DNA of 64,000 nt from Escherichia coli (GTDB lineage Bacteria > Pseudomonadota > Gammaproteobacteria > Enterobacterales > Enterobacteriaceae): assembly GCF_003334315.1 (NCBI RefSeq), contig NZ_QOWR01000024.1. One strand, given 5' to 3'. Under the pieces are notes generated by a model. The model was not told the origin of the DNA. It ran no database searches and saw only the letters and a program-made list of their open reading frames with translations. Made by a program: the position numbers and the translations under genes. The number at the start of each line of letters is the position of its first letter. Position 1 is the first letter of the stretch. Positions 32,969-47,160 of this stretch are shown here, piece after piece.

Positions 32969-34791
32969 GCGCAATTTCCCTGATCAATAGCGGCGTGGCG
33001 TGGTTTGTCGCCGCCGCTGTTCTGGCATTTCTCTTTTCTTTTCAAAAAGCGTTAAGTGGCTGGATAGCTGGAATTGGCGGCGCGGTTGGTAGTCTGTATA
33101 CGGCAGCCGCGGGCTTCACTGTACTGACTGGCGCGGTTGGCGTGAGCGGTGCGCTGTCGCTGGTAAGCTACGATGTGCAAATTTCTCCGCTTAACGCGAT
33201 TTGGCTGATTACGCTCGGTCTGTGCGGTCTGTTTGTCAGCCTCTACAACATTGACTGGCATCGCCACGCGCAGGTGAAGTGCAACGGCTTGCAGATCAAT
33301 ATGTTGATGGCTGCCGCCGTCTGCGCCGTCATTGCCAGCAACCTCGGCATGTTCGTGGTAATGGCCGAAATCATGGCCCTGTGCGCGGTGTTCCTCACCA
33401 GCAACAGCAAAGAGGGCAAACTGTGGTTTGCGCTGGGGCGTCTTGGCACTCTGCTGCTGGCGATTGCTTGCTGGCTGCTGTGGCAGCGTTATGGCACGCT
33501 GGATCTGCGCCTGCTGGATATGCGTATGCAACAGCTGCCGCTCGGTTCCGATATCTGGCTGCTCGGTGTGATTGGCTTTGGCCTGCTGGCCGGGATTATT
33601 CCGCTGCACGGCTGGGTGCCGCAGGCACATGCTAACGCCTCTGCGCCAGCTGCCGCGTTGTTTTCTACGGTAGTCATGAAAATTGGCCTGCTGGGCATTT
33701 TAACCCTGTCACTGCTGGGCGGTAATGCACCGCTGTGGTGGGGGATCGCGCTGCTGGTGCTCGGCATGATCACCGCGTTCGTCGGTGGTCTGTATGCGTT
33801 GATGGAACACAACATCCAGCGCCTGCTGGCTTACCACACCCTGGAAAATATCGGCATTATCCTGCTGGGGCTGGGCGCTGGCGTAACGGGTATCGCGCTC
33901 GAACAACCGGCACTGATTGCTCTTGGCCTGGTCGGTGGTCTGTACCATCTGCTTAACCATAGCCTGTTCAAAAGCGTACTGTTCCTCGGAGCGGGGAGCA
34001 TCTGGTTCCGTACCGGTCATCGCGATATCGAAAAACTCGGTGGTATTGGCAAGAAAATGCCGGTTATCTCCATCGCCATGTTAGTCGGGCTGATGGCAAT
34101 GGCTGCGCTGCCGCCGCTGAATGGTTTTGCCGGGGAATGGGTTATCTATCAATCCTTCTTCAAACTGAGCAATAGTGGCGCGTTTGTTGCCCGTCTGCTG
34201 GGGCCGCTGCTCGCCGTGGGTCTGGCAATTACCGGTGCGCTGGCGGTGATGTGTATGGCGAAAGTCTATGGCGTCACGTTCCTCGGCGCGCCGCGTACCA
34301 AAGAAGCCGAAAACGCCACCTGTGCACCGCTCCTGATGAGCGTAAGCGTAGTGGCACTGGCGATTTGCTGCGTAATTGGCGGTGTTGCTGCGCCGTGGCT
34401 GCTGCCGATGCTGTCTGCTGCTGTACCTCTGCCGCTGGAGCCTGCTAACACCACCGTTTCTCAACCGATGATCACGTTGCTGCTGATTGCCTGCCCGCTG
34501 CTGCCATTCATCATTATGGCGATTTGCAAAGGCGATCGTTTGCCATCGCGTTCCCGCGGCGCGGCCTGGGTGTGCGGCTACGACCACGAAAAATCAATGG
34601 TGATTACCGCTCACGGTTTTGCCATGCCGGTGAAACAGGCGTTTGCGCCAGTGCTGAAACTGCGCAAATGGCTGAATCCGGTGTCGCTGGTGCCGGGCTG
34701 GCAGTGCGAAGGTAGTGCGTTGCTGTTCCGCCGGATGGCGCTGGTTGAACTGGCGGTACTGGTGGTGATTATTGTTTCACGAGGAGCCTGA
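32965..34791 (+). CDS. hycC: FHL membrane subunit HycC (NuoL-like), 608 aa
   Basis: Polytopic membrane protein; synteny. Confidence 0.95.
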   Translation: MSAISLINSGVAWFVAAAVLAFLFSFQKALSGWIAGIGGAVGSLYTAAAGFTVLTGAVGVSGALSLVSYDVQISPLNAIWLITLGLCGLFVSLYNIDWHRHAQVKCNGLQINMLMAAAVCAVIASNLGMFVVMAEIMALCAVFLTSNSKEGKLWFALGRLGTLLLAIACWLLWQRYGTLDLRLLDMRMQQLPLGSDIWLLGVIGFGLLAGIIPLHGWVPQAHANASAPAAALFSTVVMKIGLLGILTLSLLGGNAPLWWGIALLVLGMITAFVGGLYALMEHNIQRLLAYHTLENIGIILLGLGAGVTGIALEQPALIALGLVGGLYHLLNHSLFKSVLFLGAGSIWFRTGHRDIEKLGGIGKKMPVISIAMLVGLMAMAALPPLNGFAGEWVIYQSFFKLSNSGAFVARLLGPLLAVGLAITGALAVMCMAKVYGVTFLGAPRTKEAENATCAPLLMSVSVVALAICCVIGGVAAPWLLPMLSAAVPLPLEPANTTVSQPMITLLLIACPLLPFIIMAICKGDRLPSRSRGAAWVCGYDHEKSMVITAHGFAMPVKQAFAPVLKLRKWLNPVSLVPGWQCEGSALLFRRMALVELAVLVVIIVSRGA

Positions 34792-34793
34792 GA

Positions 34794-35717
34794 ATGAGTG
34801 TTTTATATCCGTTAATTCAGGCGCTGGTGTTATTTGCCGTTGCGCCGCTGCTCTCCGGTATTACCCGCGTGGCGCGCGCCCGTCTGCATAACCGTCGTGG
34901 GCCGGGTGTGTTGCAGGAGTATCGTGACATTTTCAAACTGCTGGGCCGCCAGAGCGTTGGCCCGGATGCCTCCGGCTGGGTGTTCCGCCTGACGCCGTAT
35001 GTGATGGTGGGCGTCATGCTGACTATCGCTACTGCGCTGCCGGTGGTGACCGTCGGTTCTCCGCTGCCGCAACTGGGTGATTTGATCACCTTACTGTATC
35101 TCTTTGCCATCGCGCGTTTCTTCTTTGCCATTTCTGGTCTGGATACCGGTAGCCCGTTTACCGCTATCGGCGCGAGCCGTGAAGCGATGCTTGGCGTGCT
35201 GGTCGAACCGATGCTGCTGCTTGGTCTGTGGGTTGCCGCACAGGTTGCCGGTTCCACCAACATCAGCAACATCACCGACACCGTTTATCACTGGCCGCTG
35301 AGCCAGAGCATCCCGCTGGTACTGGCGCTTTGTGCCTGTGCGTTCGCCACCTTTATCGAAATGGGCAAACTGCCGTTCGACCTGGCGGAAGCCGAGCAGG
35401 AGCTGCAGGAAGGCCCGCTCTCTGAATACAGCGGCAGCGGCTTTGGCGTCATGAAATGGGGTATCAGCCTGAAACAGCTGGTGGTGTTGCAGATGTTCGT
35501 CGGGGTGTTTATTCCGTGGGGACAAATGGAAACCTTCACCGCCGGTGGACTGCTGCTGGCGCTGGTGATTGCCATCGTAAAACTGGTGGTCGGCGTCCTG
35601 GTTATCGCGCTGTTCGAAAACAGCATGGCCCGTCTGCGTCTTGATATTACTCCGCGCATTACCTGGGCTGGGTTTGGCTTTGCATTTTTAGCGTTCGTCT
35701 CCTTGCTGGCGGCGTGA
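34794..35717 (+). CDS. hycD: FHL membrane subunit HycD (NuoH-like), 307 aa
   Basis: Polytopic membrane protein; synteny. Confidence 0.95.
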   Translation: MSVLYPLIQALVLFAVAPLLSGITRVARARLHNRRGPGVLQEYRDIFKLLGRQSVGPDASGWVFRLTPYVMVGVMLTIATALPVVTVGSPLPQLGDLITLLYLFAIARFFFAISGLDTGSPFTAIGASREAMLGVLVEPMLLLGLWVAAQVAGSTNISNITDTVYHWPLSQSIPLVLALCACAFATFIEMGKLPFDLAEAEQELQEGPLSEYSGSGFGVMKWGISLKQLVVLQMFVGVFIPWGQMETFTAGGLLLALVIAIVKLVVGVLVIALFENSMARLRLDITPRITWAGFGFAFLAFVSLLAA

Positions 35718-35734
35718 TTAAAGAGAGTTTGAGC

Positions 35735-37444
35735 ATGTCTGAAGAAAAATTAGGTCAACATTATCTCGCCGCGCTGAATGAGGCATTTCCGGGCGTCGTG
35801 CTGGACCACGCCTGGCAGACCAAAGATCAGCTGACTGTCACCGTAAAGGTGAACTACCTGCCGGAAGTGGTGGAGTTTCTTTACTACAAACAGGGTGGCT
35901 GGCTGTCGGTGCTGTTTGGTAACGACGAACGCAAACTGAATGGTCATTACGCCGTTTACTACGTACTGTCGATGGAGAAGGGCACTAAGTGTTGGATTAC
36001 GGTTCGCGTCGAAGTTGACGCCAACAAACCGGAATATCCGTCCGTGACGCCGCGCGTTCCGGCGGCGGTGTGGGGCGAGCGTGAAGTGCGCGATATGTAC
36101 GGTTTGATTCCGGTTGGTCTGCCGGATGAACGTCGTCTGGTGCTGCCGGATGACTGGCCGGATGAACTTTATCCGCTGCGTAAAGACAGCATGGATTATC
36201 GTCAGCGTCCGGCACCGACCACCGATGCTGAAACCTACGAGTTCATCAACGAACTGGGCGACAAGAAAAACAACGTCGTGCCGATTGGTCCGCTGCACGT
36301 CACTTCTGATGAACCGGGCCACTTCCGTCTGTTCGTCGATGGCGAAAACATTATCGACGCCGACTACCGTCTGTTCTACGTCCATCGCGGCATGGAAAAA
36401 CTGGCGGAAACCCGTATGGGTTATAACGAAGTGACCTTCCTCTCTGACCGTGTGTGCGGGATCTGCGGCTTTGCCCACAGCACCGCCTACACCACGTCGG
36501 TGGAAAACGCGATGGGGATTCAGGTGCCAGAACGTGCGCAGATGATCCGCGCCATTCTGCTGGAGGTAGAACGCTTGCACTCGCATCTGCTCAACCTTGG
36601 CCTGGCCTGTCACTTTACCGGCTTCGACTCCGGCTTTATGCAGTTCTTCCGCGTGCGTGAAACCTCCATGAAAATGGCAGAGATCCTTACCGGTGCGCGT
36701 AAAACCTACGGCCTGAACTTGATCGGCGGGATTCGTCGCGATCTGCTGAAAGACGACATGATCCAGACCCGCCAGCTGGCACAACAGATGCGTCGTGAAG
36801 TGCAGGAGCTGGTGGATGTGCTGCTGAGCACTCCGAACATGGAACAGCGCACTGTCGGCATTGGTCGTCTGGACCCGGAAATCGCTCGCGACTTCAGTAA
36901 CGTCGGCCCGATGGTCCGTGCCAGCGGTCACGCCCGTGATACCCGCGCCGATCACCCGTTTGTCGGCTATGGCCTGCTGCCAATGGAAGTCCACAGCGAG
37001 CAGGGCTGCGACGTTATTTCCCGTCTGAAAGTGCGTATCAACGAAGTCTATACCGCGCTGAACATGATCGACTACGGTCTGGATAACCTGCCGGGTGGCC
37101 CACTGATGGTGGAAGGCTTTACCTACATTCCGCACCGCTTTGCGCTGGGCTTTGCCGAAGCGCCGCGCGGCGATGATATCCACTGGAGCATGACCGGCGA
37201 CAACCAGAAGCTGTACCGCTGGCGCTGCCGTGCCGCGACCTACGCGAACTGGCCGACCCTGCGCTACATGCTGCGCGGCAACACCGTTTCCGATGCGCCG
37301 CTGATTATCGGTAGCCTCGACCCTTGCTACTCCTGTACCGACCGCATGACCGTGGTCGATGTGCGTAAGAAGAAGAGCAAAGTGGTGCCGTACAAAGAAC
37401 TCGAGCGTTACAGCATTGAGCGTAAAAACTCGCCGCTGAAATAA
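35735..37444 (+). CDS. hycE: Hydrogenase 3 large subunit HycE, 569 aa
   Basis: Start set at MSEEKLGQHY; NiFe ligands RVCGICGFAH and C-terminal DPCYSCTDR. Confidence 0.95.
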   Translation: MSEEKLGQHYLAALNEAFPGVVLDHAWQTKDQLTVTVKVNYLPEVVEFLYYKQGGWLSVLFGNDERKLNGHYAVYYVLSMEKGTKCWITVRVEVDANKPEYPSVTPRVPAAVWGEREVRDMYGLIPVGLPDERRLVLPDDWPDELYPLRKDSMDYRQRPAPTTDAETYEFINELGDKKNNVVPIGPLHVTSDEPGHFRLFVDGENIIDADYRLFYVHRGMEKLAETRMGYNEVTFLSDRVCGICGFAHSTAYTTSVENAMGIQVPERAQMIRAILLEVERLHSHLLNLGLACHFTGFDSGFMQFFRVRETSMKMAEILTGARKTYGLNLIGGIRRDLLKDDMIQTRQLAQQMRREVQELVDVLLSTPNMEQRTVGIGRLDPEIARDFSNVGPMVRASGHARDTRADHPFVGYGLLPMEVHSEQGCDVISRLKVRINEVYTALNMIDYGLDNLPGGPLMVEGFTYIPHRFALGFAEAPRGDDIHWSMTGDNQKLYRWRCRAATYANWPTLRYMLRGNTVSDAPLIIGSLDPCYSCTDRMTVVDVRKKKSKVVPYKELERYSIERKNSPLK

Positions 37445-37453
37445 GGAATCGCC

Positions 37454-37996
37454 ATGTTTACCTTTATCAAAAAAGTCATCAAAACCGGCACGGCGACCTC
37501 GTCTTATCCGCTGGAGCCGATTGCGGTTGATAAAAACTTCCGTGGTAAGCCAGAGCAGAACCCGCAGCAGTGCATCGGCTGCGCGGCCTGCGTCAATGCC
37601 TGCCCGTCAAACGCCTTAACGGTTGAAACTGACCTCGCCACAGGAGAGCTTGCCTGGGAGTTTAATCTTGGGCGCTGCATCTTCTGTGGACGCTGCGAAG
37701 AAGTCTGCCCGACGGCGGCGATCAAACTGTCGCAAGAGTACGAACTGGCGGTGTGGAAGAAAGAAGACTTCCTGCAACAGTCCCGCTTCGCGCTGTGCAA
37801 CTGCCGCGTCTGCAATCGTCCTTTCGCCGTCCAGAAAGAGATCGACTACGCCATTGCGCTGCTTAAGCACAACGGCGACAGCCGCGCGGAAAACCACCGC
37901 GAAAGCTTTGAGACTTGCCCGGAATGTAAGCGCCAGAAATGCCTGGTGCCGTCCGACCGTATTGAACTGACTCGCCATATGAAAGAGGCCATCTGA
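37454..37996 (+). CDS. hycF: FHL iron-sulfur subunit HycF, 180 aa
   Basis: Two 4Fe-4S ferredoxin motifs. Confidence 0.95.
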   Translation: MFTFIKKVIKTGTATSSYPLEPIAVDKNFRGKPEQNPQQCIGCAACVNACPSNALTVETDLATGELAWEFNLGRCIFCGRCEEVCPTAAIKLSQEYELAVWKKEDFLQQSRFALCNCRVCNRPFAVQKEIDYAIALLKHNGDSRAENHRESFETCPECKRQKCLVPSDRIELTRHMKEAI

Positions 37997-38763
37997 TGAG
38001 CAATTTATTAGGCCCCCGTGACGCCAACGGCATTCCGGTCCCCATGACGGTGGATGAATCCATCGCCAGCATGAAGGCGTCGTTACTGAAAAAAATCAAA
38101 CGTTCTGCCTATGTTTACCGCGTGGACTGCGGCGGCTGCAACGGTTGCGAAATCGAAATTTTCGCCACTTTATCGCCGCTGTTTGATGCAGAACGCTTCG
38201 GCATTAAAGTCGTTCCTTCACCGCGTCATGCGGATATTTTACTGTTTACCGGCGCGGTCACCCGTGCAATGCGATCCCCTGCGCTGCGTGCGTGGCAGTC
38301 CGCGCCGGACCCGAAAATTTGTATCTCCTACGGTGCCTGCGGTAACAGCGGCGGGATCTTCCACGATCTCTACTGCGTGTGGGGCGGTACGGATAAAATT
38401 GTCCCTGTGGATGTTTATATCCCTGGCTGCCCGCCAACGCCTGCCGCCACGCTGTACGGCTTTGCAATGGCGCTCGGCCTGCTGGAGCAGAAAATTCACG
38501 CCCGTGGGCCGGGTGAACTGGATGAACAACCGGCGGAGATCCTGCATGGCGATATGGTGCAGCCGCTGCGCGTGAAAGTGGATCGCGAAGCACGTCGCCT
38601 GGCGGGTTATCGTTACGGTCGTCAGATTGCCGATGATTACCTTACACAGTTAGGGCAGGGCGAAGAACAGGTTGCACGCTGGCTGGAAGCGGAAAACGAT
38701 CCGCGTCTGAACGAGATTGTCAGCCATCTGAATCATGTTGTTGAAGAGGCGCGTATCCGATGA
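37996..38763 (+). CDS. hycG: Hydrogenase 3 small subunit HycG, 255 aa
   Basis: NuoB-like Cys motifs; synteny. Confidence 0.95.
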
Positions 38764-39170
38764 GTGAAAAGGTGGTGTTCAGTCAACTGAGCCGTAAATT
38801 TATTGATGAGAACGATGCCACGCCCGCCGAGGCGCAGCAGGTGGTCTATTACAGCCTGGCGATTGGTCACCACCTTGGGGTTATCGATTGCCTGGAAGCG
38901 GCGCTCACCTGCCCGTGGGATGAATATCTGGCATGGATTGCCACTCTGGAGGCAGGCAGTGAAGCCCGCCGCAAAATGGAAGGCGTGCCGAAATATGGTG
39001 AGATCGTCATCGACATTAACCATGTGCCGATGCTGGCCAACGCATTCGATAAAGCCCGGGCAGCGCAAACTTCGCAGCAGCAGGAATGGAGTACAATGCT
39101 GTTAAGTATGCTGCATGATATTCATCAGGAAAACGCCATCTATTTGATGGTGAGGAGACTGCGTGACTGA
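38760..39170 (+). CDS. hycH: FHL maturation protein HycH, 136 aa
   Basis: Synteny and length. Confidence 0.9.
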   Translation: MSEKVVFSQLSRKFIDENDATPAEAQQVVYYSLAIGHHLGVIDCLEAALTCPWDEYLAWIATLEAGSEARRKMEGVPKYGEIVIDINHVPMLANAFDKARAAQTSQQQEWSTMLLSMLHDIHQENAIYLMVRRLRD

Positions 39171-39633
39171 CGTTTTACTCTGTGTTGGCAATAGCATGAT
39201 GGGCGATGATGGCGCAGGTCCGCTGCTGGCGGAAAAGTGCGCCGCCGCGCCGAAAGGTAACTGGGTGGTGATTGACGGCGGTAGCGCACCGGAAAACGAC
39301 ATCGTCGCTATCCGTGAACTGCGCCCGACACGACTGCTGATTGTCGACGCCACGGATATGGGGCTAAACCCCGGCGAGATCCGCATCATCGACCCGGATG
39401 ATATCGCCGAGATGTTTATGATGACTACCCATAACATGCCGTTGAATTACCTTATCGACCAGTTGAAAGAAGATATTGGCGAAGTGATTTTCCTCGGCAT
39501 TCAGCCGGATATCGTCGGCTTTTACTACCCGATGACCCAGCCGATTAAAGATGCGGTAGAAACCGTTTATCAACGACTGGAAGGCTGGGAAGGAAATGGC
39601 GGCTTCGCGCAGTTAGCGGTGGAAGAAGAGTAG
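39163..39633 (+). CDS. hycI: Hydrogenase 3 maturation endopeptidase HycI, 156 aa
   Basis: [25 protein letters not shown]...; matches HycI. Confidence 0.95.
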   Translation: MTDVLLCVGNSMMGDDGAGPLLAEKCAAAPKGNWVVIDGGSAPENDIVAIRELRPTRLLIVDATDMGLNPGEIRIIDPDDIAEMFMMTTHNMPLNYLIDQLKEDIGEVIFLGIQPDIVGFYYPMTQPIKDAVETVYQRLEGWEGNGGFAQLAVEEE

Positions 39634-39704
39634 TTTTTCATTAAGGAATCAGGACAGGGATGTTCTTGATGGGGTGAACCAGCTCTGATGCCAAATGCTA
39701 AATT

Positions 39705-39783
39705 GCCCGATGCGCTGCGCTTATCGGGCCTTCATGGTTCGTGCGACATGTAGGCCGGATAAGGCGTTCACGCCGCATCCGGC
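39705..39783. repeat. REP/BIME palindromic units (two) between hycI and ascB
   Basis: GCCCGATGCGCTGCGCTTATCGGGC and GCCGGATAAGGCGTTCACGCCGCATCCGGC inverted-repeat units. Confidence 0.65.
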
Positions 39784-39791
39784 ACTGTTAC

Positions 39792-42682
<2,891 letters not shown>

Positions 42683-42767
42683 CGGATTTTATCCTGTTAT
42701 CAGTAGGGTAGATGTAGTTGTTATCAGTCGACGTGACGGAAAAATGCCGATGCTGAAACGGAATTAA

Positions 42768-42854
42768 GAAACCGGTTTCACAAAATCATGAATAGTTGTC
42801 ACTAAATAAGCAAGAGAGTGAATTGTTCATTTTTTATATTTGTGAAACCGGTCA
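42768..42854. promoter_or_regulatory. asc promoter region with two AscG-type (GalR/LacI family) operator palindromes
   Basis: Perfect palindrome GAAACCGGTTTC at 42768-42779 and related TGAAACCGGTCA at 42843-42854 in the ascF-ascG divergent region. Confidence 0.45.
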
Positions 42855-42941
42855 CCTGAATATTTTTCCCGCCGATTGTGCAAGGACAATCGGCAAACGG
42901 TGCAGTACACTGCGTTGATTGCGTGTAAAGGGATGAAAATG

Positions 42942-43952
42942 ATGACGACGATGCTGGAAGTGGCGAAGCGCGCCGGGGTTTCAAAAGCGACCGTTTCCCG
43001 CGTGCTTTCAGGTAATGGCTACGTCAGCCAGGAGACTAAAGATCGCGTGTTTCAGGCGGTAGAAGAGAGCGGTTACCGTCCAAACTTGCTGGCGCGCAAT
43101 CTGTCGGCGAAGAGTACTCAGACGCTGGGGCTGGTAGTGACCAACACGCTTTACCACGGCATTTATTTTAGTGAATTACTCTTTCATGCCGCGCGAATGG
43201 CGGAAGAGAAAGGGCGGCAGTTGCTATTGGCAGATGGTAAACACAGCGCAGAAGAAGAGCGCCAGGCGATTCAGTATCTGCTGGATCTGCGCTGCGACGC
43301 GATCATGATTTACCCGCGTTTTTTAAGCGTGGATGAGATCGATGACATCATTGACGCGCACAGTCAGCCGATAATGGTGCTTAATCGCCGCCTGCGCAAA
43401 AACAGCAGCCATAGCGTCTGGTGCGATCATAAACAGACCAGTTTTAACGCCGTGGCAGAGTTGATAAACGCCGGGCATCAGGAGATTGCTTTCCTTACCG
43501 GCTCGATGGATTCCCCCACCAGCATTGAACGTCTTGCCGGGTATAAAGACGCGCTGGCGCAGCATGGTATTGCGCTCAATGAAAAACTTATCGCTAACGG
43601 TAAATGGACGCCTGCCAGCGGGGCCGAAGGGGTAGAAATGTTGCTCGAACGTGGGGCTAAATTTAGCGCGTTAGTTGCCAGTAACGACGATATGGCGATA
43701 GGTGCGATGAAAGCGTTACACGAGCGCGGCGTAGCGGTGCCAGAGCAGGTGTCAGTTATCGGATTCGATGATATCGCTATTGCCCCCTACACCGTTCCGG
43801 CGCTCTCCAGCGTAAAAATTCCGGTGACTGAGATGATTCAGGAAATTATTGGACGGCTGATTTTTATGCTCGATGGCGGGGATTTCTCACCGCCGAAAAC
43901 CTTCAGCGGAAAACTGATCCGCCGCGACTCACTCATTGCTCCTTCGCGATAA
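42942..43952 (+). CDS. ascG: LacI/GalR-family repressor of asc operon, 336 aa
   Basis: Start set at MTTMLEVAKRAGVSKATVSRV (HTH); periplasmic-binding-protein-like core. Confidence 0.9.
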   Translation: MTTMLEVAKRAGVSKATVSRVLSGNGYVSQETKDRVFQAVEESGYRPNLLARNLSAKSTQTLGLVVTNTLYHGIYFSELLFHAARMAEEKGRQLLLADGKHSAEEERQAIQYLLDLRCDAIMIYPRFLSVDEIDDIIDAHSQPIMVLNRRLRKNSSHSVWCDHKQTSFNAVAELINAGHQEIAFLTGSMDSPTSIERLAGYKDALAQHGIALNEKLIANGKWTPASGAEGVEMLLERGAKFSALVASNDDMAIGAMKALHERGVAVPEQVSVIGFDDIAIAPYTVPALSSVKIPVTEMIQEIIGRLIFMLDGGDFSPPKTFSGKLIRRDSLIAPSR

Positions 43953-44100
43953 ACATTGTCATCACATGTCATCGTCACTAGTGTCGATGACATCGTTTTT
44001 CCTGCATTACAGAAATTAATTTCCTTAAATAACAGTAAATTAAAAACTGGCATGATTTGTGAATGTATCGGCGCATTAACTGTCATTGCTGGAGAATTTG

Positions 44101-44628
44101 ATGAACCGTTTCATCATTGCTGACGCGAGTAAATGTATTGGTTGCCGTACCTGTGAAGTAGCGTGCGTGGTTTCTCATCAGGAAAATCAGGATTGTGCAT
44201 CGCTGACCCCGGAAACTTTTTTACCGCGTATCCATGTCATTAAAGGTGTGAACATTTCCACGGCGACAGTTTGCCGTCAGTGTGAAGATGCACCGTGCGC
44301 TAACGTCTGCCCGAATGGTGCTATCAGCCGTGATAAAGGGTTTGTTCATGTGATGCAGGAACGTTGCATTGGTTGCAAAACCTGCGTTGTGGCTTGCCCG
44401 TATGGTGCGATGGAAGTGGTGGTACGTCCGGTGATCCGCAACAGCGGCGCGGGTCTGAATGTACGGGCTGACAAAGCCGAAGCCAATAAATGCGACCTGT
44501 GCAACCATCGTGAAGACGGCCCGGCGTGTATGGCGGCTTGCCCGACTCATGCGCTGATTTGTGTCGATCGTAATAAACTTGAACAACTGAGCGCAGAAAA
44601 ACGCCGCCGTACGGCGCTGATGTTCTAA
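44101..44628 (+). CDS. hydN: Electron-transport iron-sulfur protein HydN, 175 aa
   Basis: Start set at [22 protein letters not shown]; four ferredoxin Cys clusters. Confidence 0.93.
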   Translation: MNRFIIADASKCIGCRTCEVACVVSHQENQDCASLTPETFLPRIHVIKGVNISTATVCRQCEDAPCANVCPNGAISRDKGFVHVMQERCIGCKTCVVACPYGAMEVVVRPVIRNSGAGLNVRADKAEANKCDLCNHREDGPACMAACPTHALICVDRNKLEQLSAEKRRRTALMF

Positions 44629-44780
44629 AAATCTTACAGAACTGTTCTGGCATCAAAGGAATTCCCGGAAATATTCGTAGAATACGGAGCGGGCGGTATC
44701 GCCGACCTGTGACTGCCGGATGCGACGCTGTCGTGTCCGGCAGGGCGGGTTACGCAATTCATGATGGCGGGAATAACTCA

Positions 44781-47033
44781 ATGGCAAAAAACACATCTTG
44801 CGGTGTCCAACTGCGTATTCGTGGCAAAGTGCAGGGCGTCGGTTTTCGTCCGTTTGTCTGGCAGCTGGCACAGCAATTAAATCTTCACGGCGATGTCTGT
44901 AATGACGGCGATGGCGTAGAAGTCCGGCTGCGGGAAGACCCGGAAACGTTTCTTGTTCAATTGTATCAGCACTGCCCGCCGCTGGCGCGTATTGATAGCG
45001 TCGAGCGTGAGCCGTTTATCTGGTCACAACTGCCCACCGAGTTCACTATACGCCAGAGCACAGGCGGCACCATGAATACGCAAATTGTTCCCGATGCCGC
45101 TACTTGCCCTGCTTGCCTTGCCGAAATGAATACCCCAGGCGAACGGCGTTATCGTTATCCGTTTATCAACTGTACCCACTGCGGCCCGCGTTTCACCATT
45201 ATTCGCGCCATGCCTTACGACCGCCCGTTTACCGTGATGGCGGCGTTTCCGCTATGTCCGGCCTGTGACAAAGAGTACCGTGACCCGCTCGATCGTCGCT
45301 TCCACGCCCAGCCGGTGGCCTGCCCGGAGTGTGGCCCGCATCTTGAATGGGTAAGTCATGGTGAACATGCGGAACAAGAGGCGGCATTACAGGCAGCTAT
45401 CGCACAGTTAAAAATGGGCAAAATTGTCGCCATCAAAGGGATTGGCGGATTTCATCTTGCCTGCGATGCACGTAACAGTAACGCGGTGGCGACACTTCGG
45501 GCGCGCAAACATCGCCCGGCGAAACCGCTGGCGGTCATGTTGCCAGTGGCTGACGGTTTACCAGACGCTGCGCGCCAGTTGCTTACCACGCCCGCCGCGC
45601 CGATTGTGCTGGTGGATAAAAAATACGTTCCTGAGCTTTGTGATGATATCGCCCCTGACCTTAACGAAGTCGGGGTAATGTTGCCTGCGAACCCGCTCCA
45701 GCATTTGCTGTTACAGGAACTGCAATGCCCGCTGGTGATGACCTCCGGCAACCTGAGCGGTAAACCACCAGCTATCAGCAACGAACAGGCGCTGGCGGAT
45801 TTGCAGGGCATTGCCGACGGATTTTTGATACATAACCGCGACATCGTGCAGCGGATGGATGATTCGGTGGTGCGCGAAAGCGGCGAAATGCTGCGCCGTT
45901 CGCGGGGGTATGTGCCGGATGCGCTGGCTTTGCCTCCGGGCTTTAAAAATGTTCCGCCTGTGCTGTGTCTCGGCGCGGATCTGAAAAATACCTTCTGCCT
46001 GGTGCGCGGTGAACAAGCGGTGTTGAGTCAGCATCTGGGCGATTTAAGTGACGATGGCATCCAGATGCAGTGGCGCGAAGCGTTACGCCTGATGCAAAAC
46101 ATCTACGATTTCACCCCGCAATACGTTGTGCATGACGCACATCCGGGCTATGTCTCCAGCCAGTGGGCGCGCGAAATGAATCTGCCGACGCAAACGGTGC
46201 TGCATCATCATGCCCACGCAGCGGCGTGTCTGGCAGAGCATCAGTGGCCGCTGGATGGCGGTGATGTCATTGCTTTGACGCTCGACGGTATCGGTATGGG
46301 GGAGAATGGCGCTTTGTGGGGCGGCGAGTGCCTGCGGGTGAACTATCGCGAATGTGAGCACCTGGGCGGCTTGCCTGCAGTGGCGCTTGCTGGTGGCGAT
46401 TTGGCGGCGAAGCAGCCGTGGCGAAACCTGCTGGCGCAGTGCCTGCGCTTTGTGCCGGAGTGGCAGAATTATCCCGAAACAGCGAGTGTGCAACAGCAAA
46501 ACTGGAGCGTGCTGGCGCGGGCCATTGAGCGTGGAATTAACGCGCCGCTGGCGTCATCGTGTGGGCGTTTTTTCGATGCAGTGGCGGCGGCACTGGGCTG
46601 TGCGCCAGCCACGTTAAGTTATGAAGGTGAAGCGGCTTGTGCTCTGGAGGCGCTCGCAGCCTCATGCCACGGAGTGACGCATCCGGTGACAATGCCGCGG
46701 GTGGACAATCAACTGGATCTCGCCACTTTCTGGCAGCAGTGGCTGAACTGGCAGGCACCGGTTAATCAACGCGCGTGGGCGTTTCATGATGCGCTGGCGC
46801 AGGGTTTTGCCGCGTTGATGCGTGAGCAGGCCACGATGCGTGGTATCACTACGCTGGTATTTAGCGGCGGGGTTATTCATAACCGTTTGCTGCGTGCACG
46901 TCTGGCGCATTATCTCGCTGATTTCACATTGCTCTTTCCACAGAGTTTACCGGCGGGTGATGGCGGTTTGTCTCTGGGGCAGGGGGTTATTGCTGCGGCG
47001 CGTTGGTTAGCGGGTGAAGTCCAGAACGGATAA
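44781..47033 (+). CDS. hypF: Carbamoyltransferase HypF, 750 aa
   Basis: Start set at [27 protein letters not shown] (acylphosphatase domain); two zinc-finger CxxC pairs; YrdC and Kae1-like domains. Confidence 0.95.
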   Translation: MAKNTSCGVQLRIRGKVQGVGFRPFVWQLAQQLNLHGDVCNDGDGVEVRLREDPETFLVQLYQHCPPLARIDSVEREPFIWSQLPTEFTIRQSTGGTMNTQIVPDAATCPACLAEMNTPGERRYRYPFINCTHCGPRFTIIRAMPYDRPFTVMAAFPLCPACDKEYRDPLDRRFHAQPVACPECGPHLEWVSHGEHAEQEAALQAAIAQLKMGKIVAIKGIGGFHLACDARNSNAVATLRARKHRPAKPLAVMLPVADGLPDAARQLLTTPAAPIVLVDKKYVPELCDDIAPDLNEVGVMLPANPLQHLLLQELQCPLVMTSGNLSGKPPAISNEQALADLQGIADGFLIHNRDIVQRMDDSVVRESGEMLRRSRGYVPDALALPPGFKNVPPVLCLGADLKNTFCLVRGEQAVLSQHLGDLSDDGIQMQWREALRLMQNIYDFTPQYVVHDAHPGYVSSQWAREMNLPTQTVLHHHAHAAACLAEHQWPLDGGDVIALTLDGIGMGENGALWGGECLRVNYRECEHLGGLPAVALAGGDLAAKQPWRNLLAQCLRFVPEWQNYPETASVQQQNWSVLARAIERGINAPLASSCGRFFDAVAAALGCAPATLSYEGEAACALEALAASCHGVTHPVTMPRVDNQLDLATFWQQWLNWQAPVNQRAWAFHDALAQGFAALMREQATMRGITTLVFSGGVIHNRLLRARLAHYLADFTLLFPQSLPAGDGGLSLGQGVIAAARWLAGEVQNG

Positions 47034-47057
47034 AACGTGTTGCATTTGGACACCATT

Positions 47058-47140
<83 letters not shown>

Positions 47141-47160
47141 TTTTAGGCACAGTAGCCCAC

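Noticed and set aside
35750-37183. 477-aa ORF on the minus strand
   Set aside because: It lies entirely antisense to hycE, whose product has clear NiFe-hydrogenase motifs. Long antisense ORFs are common in GC-rich coding sequence.
44048-44063. Possible sigma54 promoter TGGCATGATTTGTGAA upstream of hydN
   Set aside because: The -12 element does not fit the GG-N10-GC rule (GA in place of GC); too weak to call, although hydN-hypF is reported to be formate- and FhlA-regulated.
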